Shown piece by piece: positions 49,357 to 62,399 of a stretch of 64,000 nt of DNA. Position 1 is the stretch's first letter. Each line of letters opens with the position of its first letter. The position numbers and the translations under genes are program-made. The notes under the pieces were generated by a model. The model was not told the origin of the DNA and made no database searches. It saw only the letters and a list, made by a program, of their open reading frames with translations. This DNA comes from Paraspadella gotoi (lineage: Eukaryota > Animalia > Chaetognatha), in NCBI GenBank assembly GCA_051294375.1, contig CM119270.1, forward strand, positions 12,275,676-12,339,675. The letters run 5' to 3'.

Positions 49357-49797
49357 GGTAAAGTATTAAATTAAGTACTAAAAGATTGGTGTTAAATTTA
49401 AAAATTTTAATTTCGTTCAGGGATTAGGAACAGAAATAGGGCGCTTTCATAAAATAGTTCCATTGTAACTATGTAAAATAACTATGAAACACCCTCGATG
49501 AGATCCGAATGGGTGTGACTGCACTCGATCTACTCCGACGCACTCGTTTCGCATCGAATCTCGGTTCCCGATTTGAGCAGATGCGATTCTCCTTCGTCTC
49601 CAGCGTCAGGGGAATTCACTTCCGTCCGTCCGTCCGTCCATTCGTGCGATCAGCCGATCGTGTACACAAGCCTTCTTTTTTTTTTATTCTTTACCTACAC
49701 CTCGTATGTTTAAAAAAAAAGAAGAAATCTTTAACGAATGTCTGTATGAATTTGGGTTAGAGGTCACGAAACAGATGGAGGACACAACCAAGTCGTG

Positions 49798-49831
<34 letters not shown>

Positions 49832-50385
49832 NNNNNNNNNNNNNNNNNNNNNNNNNNNNNNNNNNNNNNNNNNNNNNNNNNNNNNNNNNNNNNNNNNNNN
49901 NNNNNNNNNNNNNNNNNNNNNNNNNNNNNNNNNNNNNNNNNNNNNNNNNNNNNNNNNNNNNNNNNNNNNNNNNNNNNNNNNNNNNNNNNNNNNNNNNNNN
50001 NNNNNNNNNNNNNNTTTTTTTTTGTCGCGAATTTTTGACTGAGATGACAGAGTGGAACCGAGAGACAGAGCGAGCGGAGTGTGTGTGTGGAACCAAGTGG
50101 ACCTTTTGTGTTTGAGTTTCGACGACGCGAATATCGAGTCACGTGACGTCGGAATTCTATCCGTCTGTCTGTTTTTCGGTCTCGACAGAAATTTTTTGGT
50201 TAATTTTCTCTTTTTTTTTTGTGGGGTGATTTTCGATTTACGTCGTTCGGGCCTAAATATTTCACCGCGACATATTTCCCCCAAGGATTTTACGGACAGA
50301 GAGACGGAGAGCGCGAGACTGAGAGATGGACAGAATCGGACACACGGACAGAGAGACGGACAGACGAAGGCAGACTTGACGAGAA

Positions 50386-53300
50386 GAGAGAGAGAGAAAG
50401 GAATGAAAAAAAAGAAGAGAAGGAAGAGGAGAAAGGCAGCAAAAGGAAGAGAGAAAGGGCCTCTGTATTCGATGGCCTGATACTGAAAGGCACAAAAGGA
50501 AGAGCAGTTTGGAGAGGCGCATGCAGAGCGAGACTAAGGACGATGATGGACGATGATATGAGATCAGGATGAGAGAGATGAGGAGTGGGGAGCAGAGGTA
50601 GGAGGAGGAGGTGGGTAGGGGGAAAGTGAAGATTTGGTTTGAAAATCTAGCCAGCGGAAGAGGCATGGGAGGAGGGTCGTGCGGCGTTCGAGGGGGTGGG
50701 GGGGAGAATTGAGCGAGGAAGGAGGAGGAGAAGGAGTTTGATAAACACAAAGAGAGAAAAGAGGACGAGAGTGAGAGAGAACTAGCAGGAAAATCCCGAT
50801 TATAATAATAAAAACACAACGACACACGACACGTACACACGAAAACAACAACAATGGAAAATGAGGATCTCTTCTTTGCAAAAAGAAAGGAGCATTAAAA
50901 GCTGTCTATAGGGAGAAATGAAAAAAATGAAAAAATAGAGATATAATAAAAAAGAATGATTGCGAGATAGATATTAACAGATGCGAGAGAAGAGAGGAGA
51001 GATGAGAGAGAGAAAAGAGAGAGAAGAGGAGAAAAAAAAGAAAAAGACGAAAGAGAGCAAGAGGGAAAGCCCCCTTGACTTCCACAAAAAAAAAACAGAA
51101 AGAAGAAGAGAGGAGAAGAGAGAGAAAGAGAAAGGAAAGAAAATTTGCCCATGGAATTGAGTGCATTACGCGAAAGCAGAAGCTGCACCGCTTAGTGGTC
51201 TTGCAGTTGAGGGCAATTCTGGCATTGCATTCCGAGTGACGGACGAAGCCACAACGTAAGAAAGAGCGCGGGCGAGGGGCTGGGTGGTTGGGAGGGAGTC
51301 TGGGAGAAGTTGGTGCGGGGGTAGATGAGGCCAGGGCTTTCTGCAGTTGAGAGTTTAATATTCACGCTGTGGGGAGGGATAGTAGGTTTGAGAGGGCAAA
51401 AATGTTTAGTTTCTTTGACATTAGGGGAAGGTTAGAAGGGAAAACGTATAGATTATTTCGTTTAGAAATAGTTTTAGTCACCAAGAGAAAAAAGTATCAA
51501 ATTTGGAAATTTGTTTTGGTGGTTGAATGAAATCAAAAAGGCGGATGACTTTAGGTTTTTAAAAAAAGTCTGTTTGTATTTTATGATAGCCTAAATAAGT
51601 TAGATACAGTGAAGCCGCTCTGGCAAGTACTCCCAATATATATCAAAGTCTCAGCAAAATACCTCTAATATTACCAGGTAGATTGTTATCAGACCAGTAA
51701 CTCTTTTTAAAGTTCTATGTGAAGGGTTATTGCATATAGACACGATTTTATTAATTTTAATAAGTAGGAATATAAATTTAGATAATAAATCTGAGAATTA
51801 TTATACATAGATATTGATTTTTGCATACAAAATTAATGTGGCAACAAAATTTAAAAAAATTAAAAAAGGTATTTGCATTAAAAAAAAATAAGAGGTTTCT
51901 TAAAAGTTGTTCTCTTAAGAATTCGTTAAAAAAAAAAAGGTTATAACGGAGTTTAAGGTTTGAGGTTAAGGACCTGATTAGAAAGGGTTTACATTAGCAA
52001 AAAAATAAAAGGTATAAGTTGGTTTTAAACGGGTTAAAATTGGCTGGTTAAAACAGTGTTAGGTCTACCCGCAATACAACTTCATGTGCAACCAAAAACC
52101 AAAAAAAAAACGCGCACATTTATAACTTTAAATTCCAAGATGCTTCAGATATTTGATTTTTTTAATCTATATAAGAAAAGATAAAATTAGAAAAAAAATA
52201 AATCAATGTCTTATAAGTTTTTCAAAAATCAGTTGGAAGCAGTTTAAGAGATATAATTATTTTTTTAAACTTGAGTGGTTTCAAATTATTAAAAAGGGGA
52301 AAATCGGAATATTATTCAAGCTCTAAACTTTCATAAATATTTATTTTTTATTTTTTATATAATTTTAATTTATTATTATTAAATGATTTTTGTCAATCCA
52401 ATTTATATCTACCTATCCCTCCGGAGATTTCTCTTGTAATTTTTATTATAATATTTTTAAAAAAAATATTATAAATAAATTAAAATATTACAAAAAAATT
52501 AATCTTAAATAAATCAATTTTTTTTAAAGTTAGCTTTATTGTTAAAAAATACTTCAAATTTTAAAAAATTACTGCTTGTTAACAAAATTTATAATAAACT
52601 TTATTTTTCATATTAAAAATTTTAATTTACTTTTGAGAGTGTAGACATTGTATTTTTGACTTCTTTTTAAAATTTACTTTTAAAGCTTTTTTTTTTTAAA
52701 TTCTAATATTACAGGGCGGTGATTTTTAATGGCTGTTTTTTTTAAAGTGGGCACGTTTTTTTTTGCACATTGACTGTACATAAAACAAATATTTATTCAA
52801 ACGGTTTTTTATCAAAGTCAACCTTAAGAAGTAAAATTTTACAAAAGTATTTTCCACTTTTCGTTGATTGTTGTCTTATCATTCCGGATTTCTAATTAGT
52901 ATTATAAAACGGTGCATTACTTTTTGTTAAATGAAATTCTTTCATAATAAAATATAGAAAATGAGAAAAATAACAGCAAATGAATCAACTCATCGATTCC
53001 CATGATCACTTTCATCTCCATCACGTTCGGAGTCAGTATTCGCATATAACGGATTTACAATTAGAAGCATTAATGAATATAATATTTCATAGTTTGTGGA
53101 GAGATGCAATTTCAGCCGCGCATCTGTCATCCGTGAGAATGGTACCGAGGATTTGACAATTCGCGAGAACCGAAGTTTGGCCGAACAGCAACGACGCCGT
53201 TGCCGACGCGAAACACGCGCACTCATTCACTCCCTTTGAATCAGCGAAATTACTCATCACTCTTATAGAATCATAGAATGTTTCTCCTGATCACCACTTC

Positions 53301-56119
53301 AGCGCTCCTTTTAAACTACGCAAATACTAGTTTTTGACCCTATTCTTTTGGCGTATACAATTTCAAATAAACTTTGTACGTTTTTTACCAGTATTTTGCA
53401 TTCTCGTTTATTATTGCTTTAGGTCATCTAGCAATGATTCTGTTTTTTTAACTACCATTTAAGCATCCTCGGCCTTTGTCTTGGTGGGCTCACTGTTATT
53501 TCTATACGAGCCAATGGTTGTATATATCAAATCAGCCATAATTAAATAATAAATTTCTAAGTACACAAGCAATGATTTTTTTTTTCTTTAAATTATTTAT
53601 AAAGTATTTTGAACGGGAATCATTTCTTTTTTAAATTAAATCTTGTCTTCTATGTATCATCGATGTTATAATTTATTCTTCATAATCTCCGTTTTGAATC
53701 AGCATTTAATCTTCTTCGAAAAATTCATCCTTCCGCTTTGATTCCAACCGGGAATGATTGAAAATTACTTCATCAAGTCATCACCCTCTTTCAACGCACT
53801 GATCAGCAAAGTGTCAATTTGAACTGATGAACTAAAAATTTATATACATAATAAAAGTGGGACTTGTTATATACATTTATCGATCTAACAAGCAATAAAA
53901 GAGGCCGTATAAATGTTCCGGACTTTGTTAAACAGAATTTCGTCGCCGCGCAACCTGTTAAAAAAATAAATATTATATAATATGAGCCGTATTACTAATA
54001 TTTGACTTAATACATTATTGATAATCCCAACGTTAACCGTTGTCCTAAAATAATAGGGTTTATTAGAACGAAAAATATTCTTCAAAACGACGAGAAAACA
54101 CGTAAACGATCGTTAGAAAAACTTAATTTTTAAAAACCTTAACTGATAAGAGAATCGAGAGAAAGGAAAAACAACCCGTACGAACGGTCCTCGGACGAAG
54201 GACTTCGAGGAGATTTTGAATCGTTTAATTTGGCGAGGAGAATGTTAAGGATTGGCCAGAGGGGAAAGTAATAAAAAAAACCAAAAACCAAAATATTAAT
54301 AAAATCCAGACAGAAAAACTATTTTTCCCACGTCGAATAAAGCATTAATTTTTTTTTTTTTTTATGGAAAAAAATTTTTCTTTTTTTCTTAGGTTCGAAA
54401 TTTGAGAAAAAAAAAAAAATTTGGAGACGAAAAGAATCGAAGTGAGAAAAAGCGAGAGAACGAGAGACGAGGGACGGATTCCGGCAGATGGCAAAACGCG
54501 AGGAAAGACGACGACGACTGACACGGAGCACGACGATGACGTGAGTATATACCAAGGACGACGGACGACGACGCACGCGGAGACTGCAAAGGAGTAAGCC
54601 GAACCGGAAAAAAAGCTTAAGACCTTTTGACGAAAAAACAGAAACAAAAAAAAAACTCAGATGCTGGTTTTTTTCGGTCGCGTGCATATGCTCGACATTT
54701 ACGGAATAAAGTCCGTTGCCCAGCGTGCAGAGACGTGCCTGAGGCGTATCCGCGTATCGTTGCATGCGCGGCGTAGAGGTAATGTGAAGAGGGGCGTGGT
54801 GGTGCACCCATGAGTGTTCTATCGAGGGTGAAGGTCATGCGCGGGGCCTCCAAAACTTTATCCCATCAGGTCGCTTTGAAGGTTCCATCGAATGCAGAAA
54901 AAGGAAAGATGAGAGGTGAGAGGGGGGGAGAGGAATGTGAAGAAGAGAGGAGGGCGGGGGATGGAGAACGCGGAAGGAGGGGGGGAATGCCGAAGGTGGG
55001 AGATGAGAGGAAGCGGGGATGCAGAGGGGGAAGAGGTGAGTGTGGGCGAGAGAGGGGTGACGAGGGAGATGAAGGATACGAGGAGAGATAGGAAAGAGGA
55101 GAGTAAGAAACGAAAGAGAGAGGACGGAGGGGAGTGAGGGAGGGAACGGTCTGATAGACAAGATCGAGGAGAAGGAGGGGAGTGAAGGTGGAGCGAGGGA
55201 GAAGGTTAATGAGAGCGAGGGATGAGAGAAGATGAGGAGAGAGAGAGAGAAGATGATGAACGACGAGACGGGAGAGGTAGAGAGGATGAGGAGAGAGACC
55301 AGTTGACAAAGAGGAGATTCGAGATTCGAATATTCGCCGATCTCCAAGCCGATGTCAATACTGAATTCCTTACAACTTACTCGTAAAATTCTATGTATCT
55401 CAGCAAAATGTTAACGGCCTATTTCTGCGAAAGCGCTCCCAAATTTAGCGCTTTAAAATTTAGAATAAATTTTGTTTTTTTCGTTTTTTAACTGAATCAG
55501 AATTGACTTTTATTTTAAGTTGTTATTAAAATAATCTTAGTTAGTTGGCAGTGAGATAAGGTTAGGGATTGGATTTCATTATGGGTTAAAGATTTATGGT
55601 AAAGTATTAATTAAATAAAAGTTACTAAAGATATGTCATTTTGATAAATATTAATTTTAATTTCCTGTTCAGGCGATATTAGGAACAGAAAAATATAGCA
55701 AGCGGCTTTCATAAAATAGTTTCCATTGTAACTATGTAACAATAACTTATTGAAACACCCTCGAATGAGATCCGCCGAATGGTGTGTCTAGTGTGACTCT
55801 GCACCTCGATCTACTCCGACGCCACTCGTTCGCATCGATGATCTCGGTTCCCGATGTTGAGCAGATGCGATTCTCCTTGCGTCTCCAGCGTCGGGGGGAA
55901 TTCACTTCCGTCCTCCCGTCCGCTCCATCTGCGTGCGATCAGCCGATCGTGTCAGTTACACAAGCCTTACATTATTCTTTTTTCTATATTCTTTACCACA
56001 CCTCGTAATGTTTTTTTAAAAAAAAAAGAAGAAAGAAATCTTTAACGAAATGTCTGTATGAATTTGGTCGTTCGTTATAGTCACCACGAAACAGATGGAG
56101 GACACAACCAAGTCGTGCG

Positions 56120-56203
<84 letters not shown>

Positions 56204-56750
56204 TCCCTCTCTCTTCTCTCTTCTCTCTGATTCAAGGCTCGAGGTCGGGCGCCGCTCCCGCACGCAAACCTCGTCCCCCCCTTTTTGCGCCCCCTTTAAA
56301 AAAAGCGTTGGAATAATTTTTTTTTTTCCGCCGAATTTTTGACTGAGATGACAGAAGTGGAACCGAGAGCGCACAAGAGCGAGCGGAACTAGTGTGTGGT
56401 GGAACCAAGTGGAACCTTTTTGTTGGTTTGAGTTTCGAGACGACGCGAATATCGAAGTCACGTGGACGTCGTCGGAATTCTATCCGTCTGTCTGTTTTTC
56501 GGTCTCGACAGGAAAATTTTGGTTTATATTTTTCTCTTTTTTTTTGTGTCTGCGGTTGATTTTCGATTTACGTCGTTCGGGCCTAAATATTTCACCGCGA
56601 CATATTTCCCCCAAGGATTTTTACGGACAGAGAGACGGAGAGCGCGGAGACTGAGAGATTGGACAGAACTCGGACACACGGACCAGAAGAGAGGACGGAC
56701 AGACGAAAGGCAGACGGTCTTACAGCGAGCTGAAAAGGCCGAGACTTTAG
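50386..56750. repeat. Copy 2 (insertion-rich, raw-read quality) of the tandem duplication
   Basis: Same order of landmarks as 43321-50385 with dense 1-2-bp insertions. The junction lies within an AG-rich tract. Confidence 0.9.
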
Positions 56751-59570
56751 CGAGAAAGTTTTGATTTTACTTTGATTACTTTTTGAGAATTTATTACTTA
56801 CTTGTTTGATAATTGAAATTATATTAAAATAAAAAAAAAATATAAAAGGAAAAATTAAAGGGGAAAAAAAAAATTCGTAAGAAAAACTTGAGGGAAGTGA
56901 ACGAATCTTCGTTCCCCGCGGGCGTGACTTCCTAAATCTTTCGTGGTCGAGGAAACCACGTGACTTTTTTTTTTTATTAAACCCGAATTTTCACTGTTTG
57001 ACGAATTTTGACGATTCACACCCCCCATCGAGCGGGAGCGGGGAGGAGAATTTAGACCCCTAACGACGGTGAGGGGGCGAAAGTGGGGGTGTGTGGCGTT
57101 AGGAGGGCCCCGCTCGCGTGCAACAACAGCTGCGCGGGGTGAAGCGGAACGTTCAAGCCACGAGGGGGAGACAGTTGGAGTAACGAGAATTAAAACATGG
57201 CGGGGTTAGGAAATATTGGAAGAAAGTCAGGCTTATGTTAAATGAGGAATGCCCTCCAGGGGGAGCGAGGAGAGGTGAAAGTCGGGAAAAATGGGAAGAA
57301 GTGGGAGAGAGCATGGAGAGGTAGGGGGAGGAGACGAAGGGAGAAGAGCGGGAGAGATGGCGGAGAGGAGACAGACGGAGGAGAGAGAGGGAAGAGAGGA
57401 GAGAGAGGAGAAGAAAGAGGAGAAGAGATAGGGTCGGAGGAACAGAGGGTGAGAGAGAGAGATTAAGAGAGAGAGGAGAGAAAAGGGAGAGAGAGAGAGG
57501 TAAGAGTAGGAGGGAGCAGAGGGAGAATGGAGGAGAGGAGGAGGAGAGAGAGGAGAGAGAGATATAGAAGAGAAGAACGGGAGGAAAGAGAAGAGAGAGA
57601 GAGAGGGAGGGAATAGAGAGGAGGAGAAGACGAGACAGAGAAGGAGAGATGAGATAAGATGAGAGGAGAAGGAAGAAGGGAGAGTAGAGCAGGAGAGAGC
57701 GAGAGAGAGCAAGAAAGAAGAAGAGAACGCGAGAAGAACAGAGAGAGAAGAGCAAGAAAGGAAGAAAAGAGAGAAGAGGAAGACAGAGTGGAGAAAGGAA
57801 GAAAGAGAGAGAAGAGAAGAGAGAGATAGAGCGAAATGAGAGAGAGTAAAAAGAGAGGAGAAAGAGAGAGAGAGAGAAGGAAGAAGAAAGAGGGACAAGT
57901 GAAAAGAGAGTAGAGAGGAGAGGGAGAAAGAAAAGAGAGAGATTTNNNNNNNNNNNNNNNNNNNNNNNNNGAGACTTACGCGAGAAAGAGATATATTTAC
58001 TTTAGTGTTACTTACTTTTGTTTGATATTTTGAAATTTATATTTAAAATAAAAAAAATAAAAGGAAAAATAAAGGGGAAAAAAATTCGTAAGAAAACTGA
58101 GGAGTTGAACGAATCCGTTCCCCGCGGGCGATTTCCTTAAATCTTTCGTGGTCGAGTGAAACCACGTGACCTTTTTTCTTTTATTAAACCCGAATGTTTC
58201 ACTTGTTTTGACGCATTTGGACTGATTTCATCCCCATCGAGGCGGGAGTGGAGGAAATTTAGACCTAACGACGGTGAGGGGGCGAAATGGGCGGTGTTGC
58301 GTTAGCAGGAGTCTCCGCCGCGTTCCTCGCGTGCAACAACAGCTGCGGGGTTGAAGCCGGAACGTTCAGCGGAGGAGGGGACAGTTTGGCAGTAACGAGA
58401 TAAAACATGGCGGGGGTCTAGAATTTTGGGTAAATAAGGTCCAGGCCTTTACGTTTAAATGTAGGATGCCTCCAGGGAGGGATGGGACTGAAGTGGAAAA
58501 TAGCTGGGTCGGCGCTGAAAATGATTTGGACAGACGAGTAGAGACGAGCGGGAGAGACGGATGATGTAGAGGGAGAGAGGGAGAGGGGATGGAACACGAG
58601 AGGGGAGAAGAGGGGAGTGTAGAAGGAGAAGGAGAGAGGGGAGAAAGGTGTGAGGGAAAAGAGAGAGTGAGAGATGATGAGAGATAAAGAAGAGTGAGTC
58701 TGAGAGAGAGAGGGCACGACGGGAGAGGATGAGAGAGACATGAGGAGGACGTAGAGCTCGAGAGAACCGAGAGATATCGGAAGAGAAAGAGCGAGAAGGT
58801 GAGAAAGAGGATAAAAGGAGAAGAGAAAAGTGAAACAAGGGACGAGAGAAAGAGAGAGATGGGGAAGAGAGAGAGAGAAGACAGAGAAAATGAGGAGGAG
58901 TGAGGAGAGAGATAAAGAGAGAGAGGAGGAAGAGAGCAGAGAGGATGAGATGAGAGGGAGCGAGGAGAGGAAGGAAGACAGAAGAAGATGAGACGAAATG
59001 TGGAGAGAGAGAAACGAACGAGGAAAAGGAGAAAAAGAGAAAAGAGAGGGCAAAGAGAAGGAGAGAAAAGGAAAGAAAGAGAGATGAGATGAGAGATAGA
59101 GGAGAGAGAGAAATGAGAGAAAAGGGAAAAGAAAGAAGAAAGAAGAGGAAAGAGAGAGAGATGAGAGAGGAAAGGGGAGAGAGAGAAGAGAAGAGAGAGG
59201 AGAGGGAGAAAAATAAGAGATGAGAGAATAAAAAAAAAGAGAGAGATGATGAGGAGAGAGAGACAAACAGAGAAAAAGAAAGGGAGAGAGGGAAAGAAAA
59301 AAAAGAAGGAAAGAAGAAGAAAGATAGAAATAAAGAAAGAAAAAAAAGAAAGAAAGAAATACGAAAGAAAGAAAAAAGAGAAGAAAGAAAATAACGAAAG
59401 AAAAAAATAAGAAGGAAGAAAATAACGAAAGAAAGAAAAAAAAAAGGAAAGAAAGAAAGAAAAAGAAACGAAAGACAAGGATAAATAATAGAAATAAGAA
59501 AGAAAGAAAAGAAAGAAAGAAAGAAAGACACAAGAAAGAAAGAAAGAAAAAAAAGAAAGGAAAGACATGG
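56741..59570. repeat. Direct duplication across a 25-N gap (56741-57945 vs 57971-59570), each copy ending in a long degenerate polypurine tract
   Basis: ~520 bp of unique sequence (...CCACGTGAC...GTGCAACAACAGCTGCG...ATGCCTCCAGGG) is repeated on both sides of N 57946-57970. Confidence 0.9.
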
Positions 59571-59659
59571 TGGTTAGGATAAAGGGGCAGGAGGAAGTCA
59601 ATTCGTATTACGGAAGGATGCGCTCAGTTGCATCTCCGAGGAGAAAAAAGTCATTCATT

Positions 59660-59703
<44 letters not shown>

Positions 59704-60814
59704 GCTTTCCAAAACGGGTTCCGGCTAAAACCGCGAGAAAACTTGGACAGTATGGCCTTCGATGTCACGATTTCTGGAGCCGTGCGGACTTTGTGACTCT
59801 GTGGACACGCGTTTGTGGGCAAAGTCTTTTGTTGTGTGGAGTTTGACGACGTAACTCGAAAAATCATGCGTTAATTCGAAATTGCGCAATAAGATTCGAT
59901 GTTTATAATCGAATCTGTGTTGTGAGGAAAACTTTTGCGTTGAAGGCTAGATTTTCTGTTTCAAGAGACAATACTCATAATACACCTTTTATCTGCAGTT
60001 AAATAGAACTGTTCCTAAACTCTAATCTCAGTCTTATTGAAATTATGCTAATTACTTATTAACTGGTTTTTAAAAACAACTAATCAACGGCAAGATTAAG
60101 ATGAGGTAGGATATAATATTACGACCATAAGTCATACGATGCTTATTTTCTATTATTTCATACTAGTGTAGTCACGTGATCAACGGGAAATTCGAAAACC
60201 ACGGCTGGGCAATACTTTGAACTTGCCGGTTCTTGTTATTCTATAATAATTTATGGTCCAATTTTTTATGAGATTCTTAGGGTCTACCATTGTTTTCTAT
60301 AATCATCAATAAAATTAATTTACAATTTAAAATATAAAAAGCTTGGAAGTCTGAAATTATTTGTTCAAGTGCCCCACATATCATATAAATTACAAACCAT
60401 TTTTAAAATTGATTTCATCGGGTACTATTAATTTCTTTATATGTATTATTATTATCAAATGAGGTTATATAGTTTTGTGGCTTTATGAATTAATCTTGAC
60501 TTTATTTAGTATTACCGCAAATCTTTTAGACTGAGTAAGAATTCCATTTCACTATCGACTGAAATCGAGAAAATCCCAAAAGACTGGATTTAACAAAAGT
60601 AACCAAGAAAAACGCCAATGCGAAGACTCAACGCAAAAAAAGCGTCACCAGCTGTGAGCGGCCGGTTAACTGCGCAGCACTCGTTCAGTCTCAAACCTGC
60701 AGTCGATCTTGTGACCCAGCGCTGCAGGTTCAGCTGCAGCTCTCTCTTCAGTTCAAAGCTTTACCCACACAAAAAATCGGGACTCTCAATCTCTCTCTCT
60801 CTCTCTCTTTCTCT

Positions 60815-60849
<35 letters not shown>

Positions 60850-61074
60850 ATCCCCCCTCTTTCCGTTTCCTCCCTTCTCCTCCCCGCTCCCTCTCCTCTG
60901 TGCCAAAGGCGAGAAGTGTGACTAGCGCAGCCAAAGAAGGTGAAGAGAAATAAAAAAAGAGAAAGAGAAGAAAGAGAAAAAAAGAAGAACGAGTCGAAGG
61001 ATATTAAAGAAAGAGAAAATAGGAATGAAAAGGAATTATATTCACCAATATGCAAGTTTAAAGTTAAATATTAT

Positions 61075-61139
61075 AAATTGGACAACCAATATAAAAATAC
61101 CATTCATTTAATTATAAAGCTATCTTGCCCCTGACTTTG
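61075..61139. repeat. Truncated copy of the 31601-31808 repeat family
   Basis: AAATTGGACAACCAATATAAAAATACCATTCATTTAATTATAAAGCTATCTTGCCCCTGACTTTG aligns to ~31603-31669. Confidence 0.7.
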
Positions 61140-61533
61140 AAGAAAAGAGAGGAAAATAAAAAAAAAACCCATTGTAATGGAAAGAAACAAAGAAAAAAAT
61201 AGAAGGGATTGATGATTGGGTAAAAAAGCAAGAGATCGGATTTTTATTTGTTCTCTGTCGAACGAAATTATATGCGTGCGCACAACTCGCTCACCCTTAT
61301 TATTTTTTTTAAAAACCTTTCTGCTCTTTTTGGGGAAAAATTTTAGCCGCAAGAATTGGGTTGCTACCATTGGAGGATCGTCCGTCGTTTGTTGTCCATT
61401 CTAGAACAAGGTCGTGACTTTAAACATCCACTGTGATTGAATTTTTGAACTGTCTTTATTTAAAAAAAAAAAATTCTTTCAGTTGTTTTAGTATAGGACC
61501 TAAATAAGAAAATATTTAACATCTCTAATACTA

Positions 61534-61603
61534 CCAGCTTTAGGTCTTGAACCCAAGGTTTCTTGCTAGATTACCCAGCCATTATCAATTGAGCTAAGAA
61601 GGT
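61534..61603 (-). mobile_element. Degenerate tRNA-derived (SINE-head-like) segment
   Basis: The minus strand carries an A-box-like TAGCTCAATTGAT and a B-box-like GGGTTCAAGACC at tRNA-like spacing, but no intact cloverleaf. Confidence 0.35.
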
Positions 61604-62052
61604 TAAAGAGCGCAATGTACTGACAGGTGGCGAGAATCGTGGATTCGTCCTTTTTTTATGCAGGTAATTCAAGAGCAATGCTGTTTTTCGGCGAAAGCAA
61701 TGATCAAGTTGATATGCAAATTGATTTTAATTTTTTTATTATGAGAATTTCTTACTATAGAAAAAAAAATTTGAATATAAACTAACTAAACTAAATTTGC
61801 GTGAAGTTTATTTAGCTTAATTTTTTTGAAAAAACTATTGAATAATCAATGATAATGGTTTATAATTCTGTCTTTCGGCCTTTTAGGCGAAGAAAGTTAA
61901 AATAAATACAACAACATTGTAATTTAAAACTATTCTCAAGAGTACTGTCTAGTATCACCCTTAATTGCACCCCAACAAAAAATCAAAAATAACCAAAAAA
62001 AAAAAAATCGCTTAGGAACTAAAACTTAATCTTAAATTACCACATAGTTTAC

Positions 62053-62399
62053 ATTTCAATATGATAATCAAGAACAGTAAAGTACAGAAGGAAGAGTCGT
62101 GAGTTCGTCAAATCAAATGATATTTCCTATTAAGTTACTGTATTATAGGAGTATTTTTCAGGACTTTACAATACTAAATCTTCAAGTTAAAAAATTTCTC
62201 ACTCATTGTAAAAAAACCAAATTTTAATTAATTTTCTTACAGTCTTGTAAGGTAAAGGTGTGCAATTACACATATAACAAATCAAAGAAAACCGAAGTAG
62301 TATTGCTAACAATATAAACATGTAAACGGGAATAATGAATTTTCTTAAACACATAAATTCAGTGAATGATTTGACATTTGATAATTTAATCGATGGCAT
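62053..62399 (-). CDS. Candidate 5' exons of an unidentified membrane-anchored protein
   Basis: ATG at 62399 begins MPSIKL...FIIPVYMFILLAILLRFSLICY...YKT and ends at a GTAAGA donor (62240). A phase-compatible exon at 62126-62053 reads EISFDLTNSRLFLLYFTVLDYHIE. An ETS-like ACTTCCGG lies at 62444-62451 just upstream. No homology was recognised. Confidence 0.25.

Larger units (their letters stand above)
43321..50385. repeat. Copy 1 (accurate) of a ~6.4-7-kb tandem duplication
   Basis: Colinear with ~50386-56750. It contains an extra 1.55-kb segment (47808-49362) and two N-gaps (48754-48999, 49832-50014). Confidence 0.9.

Noticed and set aside
57153-59601. Long ORFs of 200-411 aa rich in Leu/Ser/Phe on the minus strand
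   Set aside because: They are translations of polypyrimidine tracts that lack stop codons, are open in all frames, and lie in noisy duplicated sequence.
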